NCBI GenBank assembly: GCA_051362555.1
Contig: CM120641.1
Location: 38,322,401 to 38,386,400, forward strand
Direction of reading: 5' to 3'
Origin: Lingula anatina
Taxonomy: Eukaryota; Animalia; Brachiopoda
Length of the DNA: 64,000 bases
In this document: one piece after another, positions 42,780 through 56,452 of the stretch
How the letters are laid out: every line of letters begins with the position of its first letter
Numbering within the stretch: position 1 is the stretch's first letter
Notes under the pieces: generated by a model
Told to the model about the DNA's origin: nothing
Seen by the model: only the letters and a program-made list of their open reading frames with translations
Databases searched by the model: none
Position numbers and translations under genes: made by a program

Positions 42780-45700
42780 GACTTAATTGTTAATACTTGG
42801 AGAGATACAAACATGTTTTAGTATTGCAGCAGAGTGGGGCTATCAGTGCACTGAACATTAGATTTAGGAAGACATGTTGAAGAAAGGGCTAAAATGTTGA
42901 CCTATACAGTATATACAAAATTGCTGTAAAACAATTTTCGGAATAAGAGAGAACTAATGTATCGGCTATAAGAGTCTTGGTGAGATTGCTAGTCATGGTG
43001 TCTTGCCTACCCCATCAAACTGATTGAACCGATATTATTACACACCTAAACAGGTGATGCCAAGAGGTTTCATTTTCCCCCTTGTCATGACTCCTGAAAT
43101 ATGCTGAATTTCAAGAGGTAAAGGTGGTTAAAGAGAATTCCCTGTGGTTGAAATTTTGAGGGAAAATGTGATGAAAAGGACACCTACTAATCTTGATACA
43201 AGATAGTTATTAATGGTAAAGGATTTATCAAGGCTGAAGAGAAAAAAAAAACATTTTTTGCAACCCCAGCATAAATGGTTAAAAAATAGGAAAGTCTGAA
43301 TAGTGTGTATTTGTCTGTTAATGTGTGTGTGTGTGTGCCCGTGCATTATGATATGGTCATATGTTTACTGACTTCATAAATTGTCAACAAACTGCATCAG
43401 GAATGATAAATTAGGAAATCAAAGTCTTAATTTTATTGAATCTTTACTTTCATTTTCTAATTATTTAGAATTTGGTATTCCTTTGTTTCAAGAACTATCT
43501 GATAACAAATGTTTTTGTAAAAATTGTTTTGATCTTTTTCAGTCACCATTTCGAAGATGCCACTTAAGGCAAGACTAGAGAGGGGACAGTGTACAGATTT
43601 TCTATAGGTGGAGGTGGTAATAGTAAGTATTATTTTAGTCAGATTCTCTCCATCAGGACATTGACCTCTTAAATGAGAGGGAAAACATATTCTGTGGGAT
43701 CATGTTCTGTTGTGAATAAGGACAGTTTTGCACATTCTGGAAGGGATGGAAAAGACTGTGATCATTTCTGACTATTGACATCAAATATGAGACTGGCTAT
43801 GTTTTAGTCTGTGGAATTATAAGTCATATGAACATTCTCTGAACATTCTTTGAAGTCAAAATGTTTTATACATTTTTCATATCATCTTCATTGCAAGATG
43901 AGTGGGCTACTTTTAATGCTCACCATGGTATCACCAAACTGATTCATTTGATGAACTGTCATTGATTGCTATATCAGACACAAATGTTGGGTTCAGTGTA
44001 CACAATTTCAGATACTAATAACTTTGACAGCAACATCTGAAAAGTCATATTTCTTAACTTTTGTAAATTGAATATGAAACAGGATTATGGTCTGGATATG
44101 CAGGTCAGTTGTAACCATGTCCAACCTTAATTCCTGTCTGCCACCTTGTATGGCCTTGAAGGTCAGAGACTTGCACTGATATTCCCACCCACCATTATTT
44201 CTTCACTGACAGCATTAGAGGTTCTAGATTTTGTAATTTTGGTTTGTTTGCCTTTTGGTGCCCAGACATCTGTCCTTGTGTTTCCTTACCAACTCAGAGA
44301 CTATAAAGTTAACATATCAGAAGTTGTTCCTGTGAATTGTGTGGATGAACTCTTTTAAAAAAAGTTTTGAGTTTCATTATGTGTTCAGAGCTTTGGGGTT
44401 ATAGATTTTTTTTCATGAAGGTGCAGGTTATGCAGAAAATGAAAATATTTTTGAAAACACCTATCCAGTCATTATTAGCCTATGTGGGCTGACAAGAATG
44501 TCATGTTACCGATAAGAAAAATTGAGGTTCCTTCAAATTTTTTCTTTTCTTTTTTGTTTACTTATTGTTTAATTATTAGGTACAATTAAATAACACTAAT
44601 TTTGAGCTAATCAGTGAAAGTGAACATATTTGCAGATGGCCCCAGAAAAGGTCTTAATACTGTTGTCTTTATACTCTAACATCACCCACACTGTAGTTTT
44701 GACATTTCCTCCTCCCTTAAATACATTTTTAAAAACACCGACCTACCTTAAAATTTAGATGCCATGCTCATTAAACATTATATATCTATAAAACAAAGAT
44801 AAATTCCATCTACTCCTGTTAAAGGAAAATTAATCAAGTTATCACTTAAGTATGGCCTCATGAAAAAATATTGATAGGTGTGATAGATCCCAGTCAAAGA
44901 TTGGTGAATCATTGTCATTCTTTGTCAGTGGGAGGAATGTGGTGAAAATGTTGATTCTAACAGTAGGCAGTGGCATTTAGTGCAAGACTCTGAAACCCTG
45001 GTTTCATTGGTACTGAGTGGGCTTCGAAGTGCCTGAGAATAGTCTTGTGATGGTTAAATTGGTTGCAGATATGTTTGTCTCAGAATTATGCTTAACCGCA
45101 CAAGAAAATGTTTTTCTGAAATATAGATACTTATTCGAAATGATATAATAATAAAAGATACCAGTTGAATAGTAAGATGCTAATTAAAATGGTTATACAG
45201 TCAAGAAAGATAATATTTGTACATTTGTCTATGTTCATGATTTGAATTTGGCATCTCTGGCAGTTCATGCGTTTATCTATAATTTTACCAATTTTACCAT
45301 TGTGAAATAAAAGATGCTGATTTTAGAAAAGCCACTGCATTTTTTTTTTATTCTTTTCAAAGAAATATATAAATATATATTTTATATGAAAAATGGCAAG
45401 TGTATTCAGTCTTTACAAAGTTTCAATACCACCGATAAGGCCTTTTTTCTCTACAATAATTCATGATGTTATGAACTTTGGTGATTTTAACTGCTGAGCA
45501 CATTTCCTAGGCTCCCATTTCAATATATGTATTAAACATCATACCTTGTGAGTGAAATATCTGTTATAACTCGCGTATTTTTATAACAAATTAGAGGTTC
45601 TGCATCCCCACTTTCTGTCCATGTAATATTTTATTGTTATGTATGAAAGTGGCAGTTTAGAATATTAGACTGGTGAGGATTGGCAGCCATTAGGCGAGTA

Positions 45701-45847
45701 TGCATACTTGTAGTCAGTTTAAGTACCTCATTAGAAATGGAATTGTCTTGTATGTATACATCAGTGTGAAGTCTTATAGAAGTTATTCTGGTTCTTTAAA
45801 GAACTCCTGGCTAAGAAGTCTGTAATTTTCCACTTTGAATTTTTTTA

Positions 45848-45848
<1 letters not shown>

Positions 45849-45899
<51 letters not shown>
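45849..45899. repeat. (ATT)n microsatellite
   Basis: About 16 uninterrupted ATT units. Confidence 0.95.
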
Positions 45900-48800
45900 C
45901 TATTTTATGAAATGCTAGAGACGTAAGATATATAGAGAATAGTAACATGTTTTACTGCATTAATTTTTTCCGGACAAATAGCTAATATTGACTAGAAAAA
46001 AAGTGACAAGTTAGCAAGCTTATTTTTATTTTTTAACTCAATTGAATTATCTGCAGCATTTGGTTTTACTTACATATGCTACTGTTAAGCCAGTGTCATA
46101 CCTTTGATTTCATTGGTAGTTAGAGCAGTTCATCTATAGTTTGAAACTCTTGTAGATAAATTCTGTATGATGTTTTAAATCTGTTTAATTTTTGGAAATA
46201 TGAAAAAAGCACATTTTTTACAATTTGTGTTCTCAGTTTAACCTTTTTGCTAGACCACAATCTTCTGGTATAATATGTCTAGACTGTCAAATATTGTCTG
46301 GTTCATTTCTGTAAGAAATGTGATATGTCAACTACACTTTTGAACCTATGAGACTAAAGAGAACATAGATTTTTCCAAAATCAACTAAAATCATCTATAG
46401 TTTGACTTTCAAACCAGATCTGAAATAGATTGCTTAAAATTCTTGTCAAAGGGGGAAAAAAAAGAAATAGGTAAAGAACTCTTGATTTCTGACAAATACA
46501 GGAAAAAAATATTTTCTTTAAGTGTAATTGATTAGAGTAATTTCTTATTAAACGCCAATGTAAAATCAATACAATAAGATTCACTAATAGTATAACATAA
46601 TACCAGGGCTAGTATCCTTTCCATTAATACTGAGAACTGATTTTTGCCCGATTATTTCAGTTGAAAGAGTATTTATCATAACAGTGAATTCATCCTCATG
46701 GGAACTTGTTTAAATATTAAATTGCACTTACAAGAGCCCTAAAGGAGAATGAAGAACGGGAGAAAGGATATGTAAACATGTAAACAAAAGAAATAAAATA
46801 AATAAATAAAAAAGAAGCAAAATCAAAAATAATATGTACATTGCATCATTATTATGACTTTATGTATAAAAGGTATTTATACAAATCCACCAAAAACCTG
46901 ACTTAGGTGTATACATATGAGGTATAATTTCAAATGTCCACAATTATTGTGCCATTACACAGAAGCTCCTCAGCGGTTTGCCATGGTAACAAACTGATAC
47001 TTATAAAAACTAAGGTGCTGGTTGTTTCCTGATCGCGAAGAATCATGAAAATACATAAAAGAGAAAGCAACTACTGAATTTGAAGATGAAACAGAACTTG
47101 CATGACTGTGACAAACTCAGTGCTATATCCTGTGCTTTGTGGCCAGAGTCACATCTGTATGATTAAAGGTGATTTTTTTTATAATGGATACTTCAAATGA
47201 TAAAACATCTTATATTCCAAGTAAGCATGTTCACAAATTTATCACCACTCATCAGTGCAAGATATTCAATTCAAGAGGGATAAACAATGTGATAGTGTTC
47301 ATTTAATGTTTAAAATTCAGTATTATTTTATTGCAATTGTATTTTGATAGTCATTGCTTAAATTGATTTTTCTCTGTAGACTATTGAGAAGAGTTTGAGG
47401 AGTTATCAACACTGGTTGTCAGTATGGAGAATATTGATATCCATGGAAGGAATTTTCTTCCATCCAGTTTATTTTTGTTCAAGTGAATGTTTCTTTTGGC
47501 GACTTATGTCCTCAAGTTGACCCGTTGTATTAAGTAGCGTGTATGTAGTTAAGGCAAGATGCTGGTAGTTTACTGCAGTCAGTGGTTCATATGTAAGAAA
47601 AAGTGATTATGTGAGCACTTCTGGAATGATGAATATGGAGGTAAAGTGTGCAGGATGTAGTATAATAGATCTTCACAGTGATGTAGATGGATGGATACAC
47701 AAATAGACAAGCGAAAGAATTGAGGAACACAGATGGACAGAGGAATGGACGGCCACTATACTAGTAGGTGGAAGCACAAATTGCACCCACAGAAGATGAG
47801 CAGAAAGTAAATGCCATTGCTGTCAACAGTTCCTTCAGATATCATGCCATATTTAAATGAGTCTATCTCAAAATTAATTATGTTTCTGTTTTGTTCAGTT
47901 ATTCAATGTTTTAGATTTATGGTATCTCGAGGGAGATGGGATGTCTAGGCATTATGCAACAACAGCATACTTTACAGTGAAAATCGATAACTGCAGGAAC
48001 TAAATATTGGGCAATACAAAAGCACTTGATAGTATATTGGCTCAGTAGACATCACAGATTCACTTGACTAAACAAACAAATCATATCTACATTCTGTTCT
48101 GTCAGAGAACATATTTAGCTCCAATGTCATGTAACTTTCAGTTAAAAGGAAAAAAGGTCTTGAGACATTTATTTTTTTACCCTTTTATTGATTAAACAGA
48201 ATTGTTAGGTGCCAGGAGCTCTGATTAGGTGCATCTATGTTGTGCACTTTGATGTTTTATTTTATGGAACTGATTTTTCTTAGATTTTCATGTGAACAGG
48301 ACAACAACCACAAGGACAATGGTGCTCCATAAATGTGTTGGATTCCTCAAAAACCTGTAAGTGACTGGTCTCTGCTTTTGTGTTTTGAAAGCAGAAACAA
48401 AAATCAGCAAATGTGAAAGATCTACATTGGAATGAATCTGAGATAAAAATGGAGAGCAGCTGGACTGTTGTTACTGTCTTGGTCTGCCTGAGGGGTATAA
48501 AGCATTATGCCTATGACAATGAGCATGAAGTATATATATAAGTTTATTGTTTCTCACACAAATGTTATGCACAGTGAGGCCACAGTTATGTTTTGCATTG
48601 TCCAAATTTCTGAACCCTTGATGGATCCAACTAATAAAGTTATTCACAGAGGGCACATTTCAAAATAGATATTGAAATGTCTCAAGGCCATTCATCAATT
48701 TCAGAAAAAATTGTAAAAATGTATTCTTAATTATTGGTAACTAATATTGAAGGTATGTAGGACATTTTAGTCTTCATTCATGAAGTGAAAGCTGCATTAC

Positions 48801-50094
48801 CAGTTTCCTGCATTTCTGTGATTTTCTCTCTTGTTGTGCTCATAGCTGTGCAAATAATATGAAATAGTTCCTCAGTTTTCCATATTATAGACAGTTAATT
48901 TAATGAGCGCCTAGATAGCTTTCTTCAATAACTCCAGAAAAGACAGCAATCATGTCTCCTAATATGTTTTTCTAAATTGATTGCTTTGCCATAAGGAACA
49001 ATTAAAACTGGTTGTAAATGAAATAAACTGATTTAGTTAAAGGTCAAAATGAAAAAGGGGTTATTTTGATGAATGTCAATACTGCTCAAAGAGCAAATTT
49101 TGCCAAGAAGATAGTCTTTGCTATTTACTGAAAACTGCTGTGCTGTATGTGTGACTAGGGAAGGTGGCAGCATAATGGGGATTTGGTCTTCACAGAAGAC
49201 CAGATATCTTCTATTACTCTTAAGGATCAAGAGACTGAAGCAAAGAAGCAGAAAACTGCCAGCTAGTGGTTTTAAACCAAGTAATTGATGGTCCAGTGAC
49301 CCCAAGCAGAAGGTAAGTTTGTCTGGGTTTCACATACCTGCTTGTGAATCTGTCTCACTTGTGGATGATATGTTAAAGGCATTAATATTCAATTGGCTTT
49401 TTAATATTTTACTGGCATTTGAGACATAACACGTATTTAGAAACTCCCACACACGCCCACATTCTTCCAAAATTGATATCTTGTATTTAAGCAGAACAAT
49501 CTTATAAAGGGAATGTTCTGAAATTATTTGGAAACTGAAATCAATTTTCAAATTTAAATCCACTTGTAGTGATATTAAGCATGCATTGTTGTACAGATAG
49601 ATTTACTTGAAGTACAATTGCAGAATAATTTTTATTTTAAGATAAATCATGGTTTACGCACTGACACCTATGTTGCATGTTTTCAGCACAAGGTAGGCAC
49701 ATATGTGCCAACTACGTCTGATTAGTTTTCTTATTTGTAGCAACCCAATTAGGTTTAGATGACCCAGTCAACTTGACGTGAACCAATCTTTCGATCCACT
49801 TCTTCAAATGCCACACTGAAGATCAAGCAAAAAGCACTGCACATGCATCAAAATTTACTTTTTGTAGACAGAAGTTACCAGCATCAGGTAAGAAATACCA
49901 GTGAATTTGTCTGTCTATTAACATAAACATATTATTGCAGCACAACTCACATGATAAATGTTGCTAGAAGTTTTAATTTTGATTTTTGAAAGTATGTGTT
50001 TCACTTGAAACAAATATTAAAATAGGGCCATGTTTAAGATAAATGTATACACTTAACATGTTTTACTTTCTTTAAATAAAGTTTATTATGTACC

Positions 50095-51830
50095 ACTAGC
50101 GTAGGTGCTGCCTGAACCCATGGTTTTAGTCCTAACCCGCCCCATCCACCGTTTCCACTGGCTCTGCTGTCAAGTCTCCGTTTCTGCTTCTCCTCCTAGA
50201 CTACACGAGCCTGTGTTCCCATCTCTTGGATTTAGGTCATAAATAATCTCAACTGAATCCACATAATTTTGGGCTGTGTTGGTGCATATATCTGGGATTT
50301 TGGGCTATGGCATTTGTCACAATGCACCTACTTTTTCCCATGATCTGCAAAAAACTTCTGGCTCTTATGTCTCCAAAACTGGCCATACCTACTGTTGAAC
50401 TTGAATAGCAAGTCATATATTGGCAATCTTACTGTGACCTTGAATTTGACCTTTGACCACCCCCATGAACTGCACAATCTTGATGCAATCTTGGATTTGA
50501 CCTTTCACTTTTCCCCACAATTTTGTTACTAATTGTAATTTTCTACACACAAAAAAGAACTCTTGTTTATTATATTTTACAGAGCTTGTCAATCTCAACA
50601 CAGGAGGTTGTGTCCCTTTTTTTTTGGCATACGAATGCGCTTACTCCAGCTGCTGGTACAATATCTGAAGGTGGTATCACCTCTCTGATCCTCTAGTTAT
50701 TGTTGTACGATCAGTGTAGGCGCTGGTATCACATGCTTTTAGTCCCGACCAGTCTCATCCACTGGCTCCATCGCCATGTCACCTTTACCCCTTCTCCTCT
50801 TAGACTACAAGAGCCTGCCTACCCATCTCTTGGATTTAGGTCACATATTATCTCAACTTGTTCCATGTAAATTTTGGGCTTTGTCAGTGCACAGGTCTAG
50901 GCATGGCGCTTGTCCCAATGCACCCTTGTCCAAAATTTGCAAAATTAAATGCTAAATATCTCCCAAAACGAAGGAATTATGGGAAAATTCCTATAGATGG
51001 CTGACCAAAAGTTAATTGTGCAGATTTCAAATATGCCCTTGGATGTGACCTTTGACCTTAAATTCAAGGTCAAACGGGCCAAAATTTTCAAAATATTTTA
51101 ATATATTAGAATAATTTAGTTGTGCCAATTTCAGAAACTACACAAACCTAACCTAAAATATTATGGATAGGTGTTACACTTAGGGTCATCTTTCATATTC
51201 ATGAATTTGGGGTCAATTGGTGCATTTTCACGAAAGAAGCAGCCATTAGGTGCGGAAACTGAAAACTCTCTCTAATTCTGGAACAGTAAATGCTAGAGAC
51301 CTCTTGTTTTTCATTTTATAGAGCTTGTCAAGCGCAACACTGGAGGTGGTGCAGTTTTTTTGTTTTTTATACAAGTTGCACTATATCAAAAAGTACAACG
51401 TCACAATATTCATTGGCGAAAATAAAATTAAAAAAACTCCAAAACTGGCAGAGATATGCCCAAAGTTACTATTAAACTTGAATAGGAAGTCATACACTGG
51501 CAATCTTACTGTGACTTGAAATTGACCTTTGACCTACCTTTCGCCATGCACCGCACTTCATAAATTTGGATATGACCTTTTACTTTTCCCCATGATTTTG
51601 TTATAAATTGTAATTTTCAACAAAAAAAATTGAGAACTCTTGTTAACTGCATTTTGTAAAGCTTGTCAAGCACAACACTGGAAGTGGTGTCCCTTTTTAT
51701 TTTTTTATTTTTTATTTTTATTTTATTTATTTATTTATTTATTTATTTATTTTTTGTTTTCCATATGAATGCGCTTACTCCAGCTGGTGGTATAATACGG
51801 TATTGCCTCTCTGATCCTCAAAATGAAATT
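50095..51830. mobile_element. Cluster of tandem, degenerate Helitron/Helentron-like repeat modules
   Basis: Module A at 50100-50330 repeats at 50717-50925; module B at 50371-50696 repeats at 51437-51820. TGACCTT(T)GA-rich interior. Module B ends in a short hairpin AGGTG-GTAT-CACCT, ~10 nt before CTAG|TT (50696). Confidence 0.5.
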
Positions 51831-52324
51831 ATTATTATAATGACTATTATTTTTTTTTTTTTTTAACATCCCACTCATATGTTGCATATAAATAAGGTCA
51901 ATATCAGCCATTATTTAAAGATTAGCAAGGTGGAAGACATTGATAAACATAAACCTGCTGGTGGTGTGGTAAAGAATCCATTTCCATTATATGTTCTAAA
52001 TTGCTGTATGCACCTGTCTCCTTAGTCTTTATATAATTATTGTATACACATCAGGAAGAACAATGGTCTTGGCAAACCAACAATATGTAAAAATAGACAA
52101 GATGGTTTTAGCCATATTACCTGTTTATTTCATTGGGTATGTATGTGAGAGAGTAATTCGTGATTATGGATGGGTAAGAATAATATCAAAGAAACTTTTT
52201 CCTGTTTATAAATGAGTTTTTTTTTAGTTAATTAAAATATTGGCATAGGATAAGAATTGTAGTAGTGTATATTGGCAGGAGAGAAGGAATGGAAAAAAGC
52301 AAGGCCTTTCATTTTCAAGGTTAA

Positions 52325-52640
52325 AGGGATAACAACTCTTTGTATGAAATCTATATTTCATACTAAATACATTGTAAACAACTCATAGAAATATATTCTA
52401 TTTTACTGCAAAAACGGCAGTTATAGTAATTATTCTGAAATTTGTGCTTGTCATCGGACCACATGACCTCAGTAGATGTAATTATCTCTTAAGAGATTTT
52501 ACGAAAATACAAATTAAAAAAAAAAAAACGGACTAACTTTGAATGTAGAAGTGGATTCATTAACTATTGGTTAATTTGGGAAAATTGTCATTTACCCCAG
52601 AAAAATTTATTTTTTGGCCAAAATGAACAGTTGTTATCCT
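52325..52640. mobile_element. Kolobok-like MITE with TTAA target duplication
   Basis: TTAA-AGGGATAACAACT ... AGTTGTTATCCT-TTAA (TIR with a 1-nt indel, purine-purine termini). Confidence 0.7.
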
Positions 52641-55600
52641 TTAAACAAAAACATTTTCACCAGTTTTTAATATTTTTATATTGAAATGGATAAGATAAGT
52701 CATTCCAGAAATAAGAATCATAGTTATTCTTACAATATTTAAATTAAGTTGTAAATATTTCAATATACCCAACCTCTATCAACTTGTGATATTGAAATAT
52801 AAATTTTTTTAGAGTAATGGTAAACTGAATTATTACATCAGGTGGCCTTTTAACCTAGTTTTTGAGAGGAGTGTTCTGGGGTCAGCTGCGGCAGGATTCT
52901 TATCAGTTACTGTGATGTTGACAAACATTGAACTGCACGTGTCAAGCTTATGCACAGGAAGCAGAGGGGGGACGGCTTATCCCACTACTGATATGTTGAA
53001 TTTGAAATAAAATTTTTAAATTGTGATCAGGCTCTCATAGCATATATCGCTGAAGACAGCGTTGAGTTTGGAATAATACTCTGTGAATTGCTTTGCATTG
53101 CAGCACGTGTGAGATGTAAATATGAACATTCTTTTTTTTTTTCCTCCACTTGTGTAATGGACTATTTATAGCCCTTTTAGCAAAGTACACCTAACAGTTT
53201 AGTTGAAGTCTATGGATAAGCTGTAAACTCAGAAAGCTAATGAAAACAACTTTGACATTAGCAGCAGTGACTGGAACTTGAACTTTTGAGATTGACACTG
53301 GGTAATATTGACTGCCGAGGTAAATAATACATAAGATTTGTGTCAGCTTAGGCCACTTTGGGTTGATTTTGTGTTTAATGACAAAGTTTCTTGGCACTGA
53401 AAGTTTTTCTTTGATTCCCTGATTGCTTAATTTGCACTCTGTTGTCAATATAAGCAGTGCTCATTACAAAAAAAAAAAAAAAAAAAAATGACTGAGAGAG
53501 ACTTATTACTAGTCTCCTCTGATGTCAGGGGATGACCAGTTTGCTTAGCATGGGATCTTTAATGTGTGATTCTCTGGGGATTCTGAAGTAATTTAGTTGT
53601 CTGGAGAAGTCAGTCGGACTAATTCTGGTGCAAAGTTTTTTTTTGATAGCTCAGTTGTGAACAGGGCCATGGTACACTCCACATTATTCAGCCTCTTTTG
53701 TTTGTGTTTCTTCTAAATTTTGTGTTTTATAGACATTTTTCTTGTGGCATGCACTTACTTTTTTTATTGTCAATAAAATACAAGTTCTTGTTTGTAACAA
53801 GCAAAGAGCATTCTTACATAAAGGGGACAGAGTGTACAGGTGTTTCTGCATCTTTAATCTTTCCATTTTGCAGTGTCCAAAGGCAGTAATGTTAACGCTA
53901 TTACTACCTCCTGCTCAAATATTGGGTTTTTACCTTTCACTTTGCTAAATGTGGTCTTATAAAGCAGACATTATTTTTTTTCGAAAATTACATTTTTTTT
54001 CTTGACAAATTTTGCCTTTAGCAGCCCCTGACCTGAAGCCATTTCTGCCTACCTTTTTTATTTTAACCTAAACTCTATTTGAAAAAGGTATTATTGAGTT
54101 TGGAATATAATATCTTATGGCCAGCAAGTGTCAGCAAATACTTGTTGACCCCTTAATGAATTCATTGATTGAATTTTTTCATGCCAAAATGATTATACAG
54201 TAACATGAATGCGATGTTATGCAATTGGCAGCTATCTTGAATCATATTCTTGGCATTTGCTGTATTTAGTTTCCACTTACATAGGTTTTGATGTGCAGAA
54301 CACTTCATTTTTGCTACATGTGTTCTTGTGTTTAAATAATGGTGTGATTACTTTTTTCCTGAAAATGATAATGCAGTCATGTTTAAAATGCTTTTAAGGT
54401 AATAAAGATTGGAGAATGGGTCTCTCATTGGAAGGATATAATTTATTAAGAAGGTAGAGAGCTGTGTAAAGAAATTAAACACTTGGAACTGGTAAATTGG
54501 TTAGTCGTTTTCACAAAGGGGTCTTTTGAATAATTATTCTACTTTAAAATTTTATTAAGTAGTGCAAGGTTATCAAATCTATTATTTATTGAATATTGTT
54601 TATTATTAATTAAGGAAAAGAAACCACATTTTGTGACAGAAGAATATTTAGTCTGGGGTAAATAGGCATAATTTGACTTATAACATTAAGAATAAATTGG
54701 AAAAAATTGAGATTTCCAATCAAGGGATCCCAATTAACATATGCTGTCTCCTTCACCTTTTAGATCTGAATTTTAACCAGTGAAAGGTCAATAGATAATG
54801 GCTGTTAGATTATCTAGTTTATTTTATATATTTTAGATTTAGATTTTGAAGGGTTTTTATTTTTCTTGAGAGAACTTATGTCCATAATAGAGGGCTTGGC
54901 TGAGAGTTTTCCATAATGAATTGTTTAGTCAAGGTGAAAGGATGAATTTTTTCGGAATTTAAATATTCATTTCATATATATATTGATTTACACTATTATG
55001 TCAATCTACATTTCAGTACAAGTTTTGCAGTCATAGGTGTTTTTTCCTTTGCAAATATCACCAGGATTTAATAAACAAGTTCTTTAAACTTGTCAACTTG
55101 TGGTGAAAAATATTTATTACCAAATTAAGTCTGAGTATCCCTTGATGTAGATTGTTCTTTATCAGTCAGAGAAAGATATTTGTTTCCTTTAGAAAAGTAT
55201 ACTTTTAAGCATGTCTGTGCTGCAACTTGTAGATATTTGCTGCCCCAATATACTTTATGTTTGAGGTATTACAGGTAATTATTTCTGTTTATCTGATCAT
55301 CTCATGCATCTTTGAGGAGATTATTCAAGTCAGTCATAAAAGTTTTATATAAAGTTTTTACATTTATGCTTGCAAAGCGACCTGTGTAGATTTACCCCAA
55401 ATCTTTTATTTTTCATCAGGAATTGATCATTGATTGAAAATTATTAATAAAGGAACATTGTTGTAGAGCCATGATATTTTTTCTTTATAAAACAATGTCA
55501 TAGGACATGTAGGCATGCTGTTATCAGTCAAGCATAATTTCAATTCTACGAATGAAGGAAATGATGAACATCTACATGTAGGCGGGCATTGATGACAATG

Positions 55601-55999
55601 ATGAATTAATCATGGTAGTTAAATAGGTTGCTGACATCAAGCTGTATCTATAGGCACCAAGCAGCATGCTGTTCATGCATGCCAGTTGTGGTATTATTAT
55701 GTGACCAACTTCCGATATGGAGTGTAAAACCACTTTGCATCAATGAAATTATGTGTACTACAAAATGCAGTGAAAGAAAAGAATGTTGTGGCCAAGACCA
55801 TCATTATCATCATATAGAGTAGCTATTGACAGGTTTAAGGATTGAGACAGTTCGTTATTATTTATCAGTTTCTTATTCTCTGCATTTTCTGCAACGTGCA
55901 GAGGGTGTACAGGTAGACTGTGGGAATGGCCCAGGTCAGTCACAAGTGCTTCATTCATCCTTTGCACTTCTAATGCCCCCTTGGTATGCCAGGAATCTG

Positions 56000-56452
56000 G
56001 GGCATGCCAATATTTACAAGGTTTGACCAATGAGAGGCTTACATATCCCTCCTCAAGGGGTCAGTAGGCGGAGCTTGCAGGGTTTATCTCAGCAGACAAG
56101 AGCAAGGGTGGGATGTGCAGAGTGGGCGTGGGCAGCAGCTTAAGATGAGGAGGACGAAGATGAGAAGATAGGAGGCAGTATTCCACCTCCTCACCCTTGT
56201 TCTACAGAGAGAACCCCACCCTGGCTGCCACTGTGGTAAAAGCCAATGGGACAGGAAGATACCAGGAGGAAAAGAAAGAGAGAGGTATGTAAACATTGCC
56301 GCACATTCCTGGCAGGCTGCCAAGTGCTTTTTATGTTCTACAGGGCTGCTGTATATTTGAATTGCCCCTAACAAGGTCATGTAGCTCTGTCCTGTGGGAA
56401 ATTTTTGCCAACAGAAGAGTCACTCTGTGTCAGCTGGTAGATTTCCACTACG
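56000..56452 (+). promoter_or_regulatory. Candidate promoter and first exon of an unidentified transcript
   Basis: Locally GC-rich. CCAAT at 56007, 56027 and 56243; GC boxes AGGCGGAGC (56066) and GGGCGTGG (56124); donor CG|GTAAGC at 56452/56453. Confidence 0.4.

Noticed and set aside
43380-44360. Stretch with coding-like composition on the minus strand
   Set aside because: The frames I read contain stops and no motif I can recognise. It may be an old transposon or pseudogene remnant but I cannot support a call.
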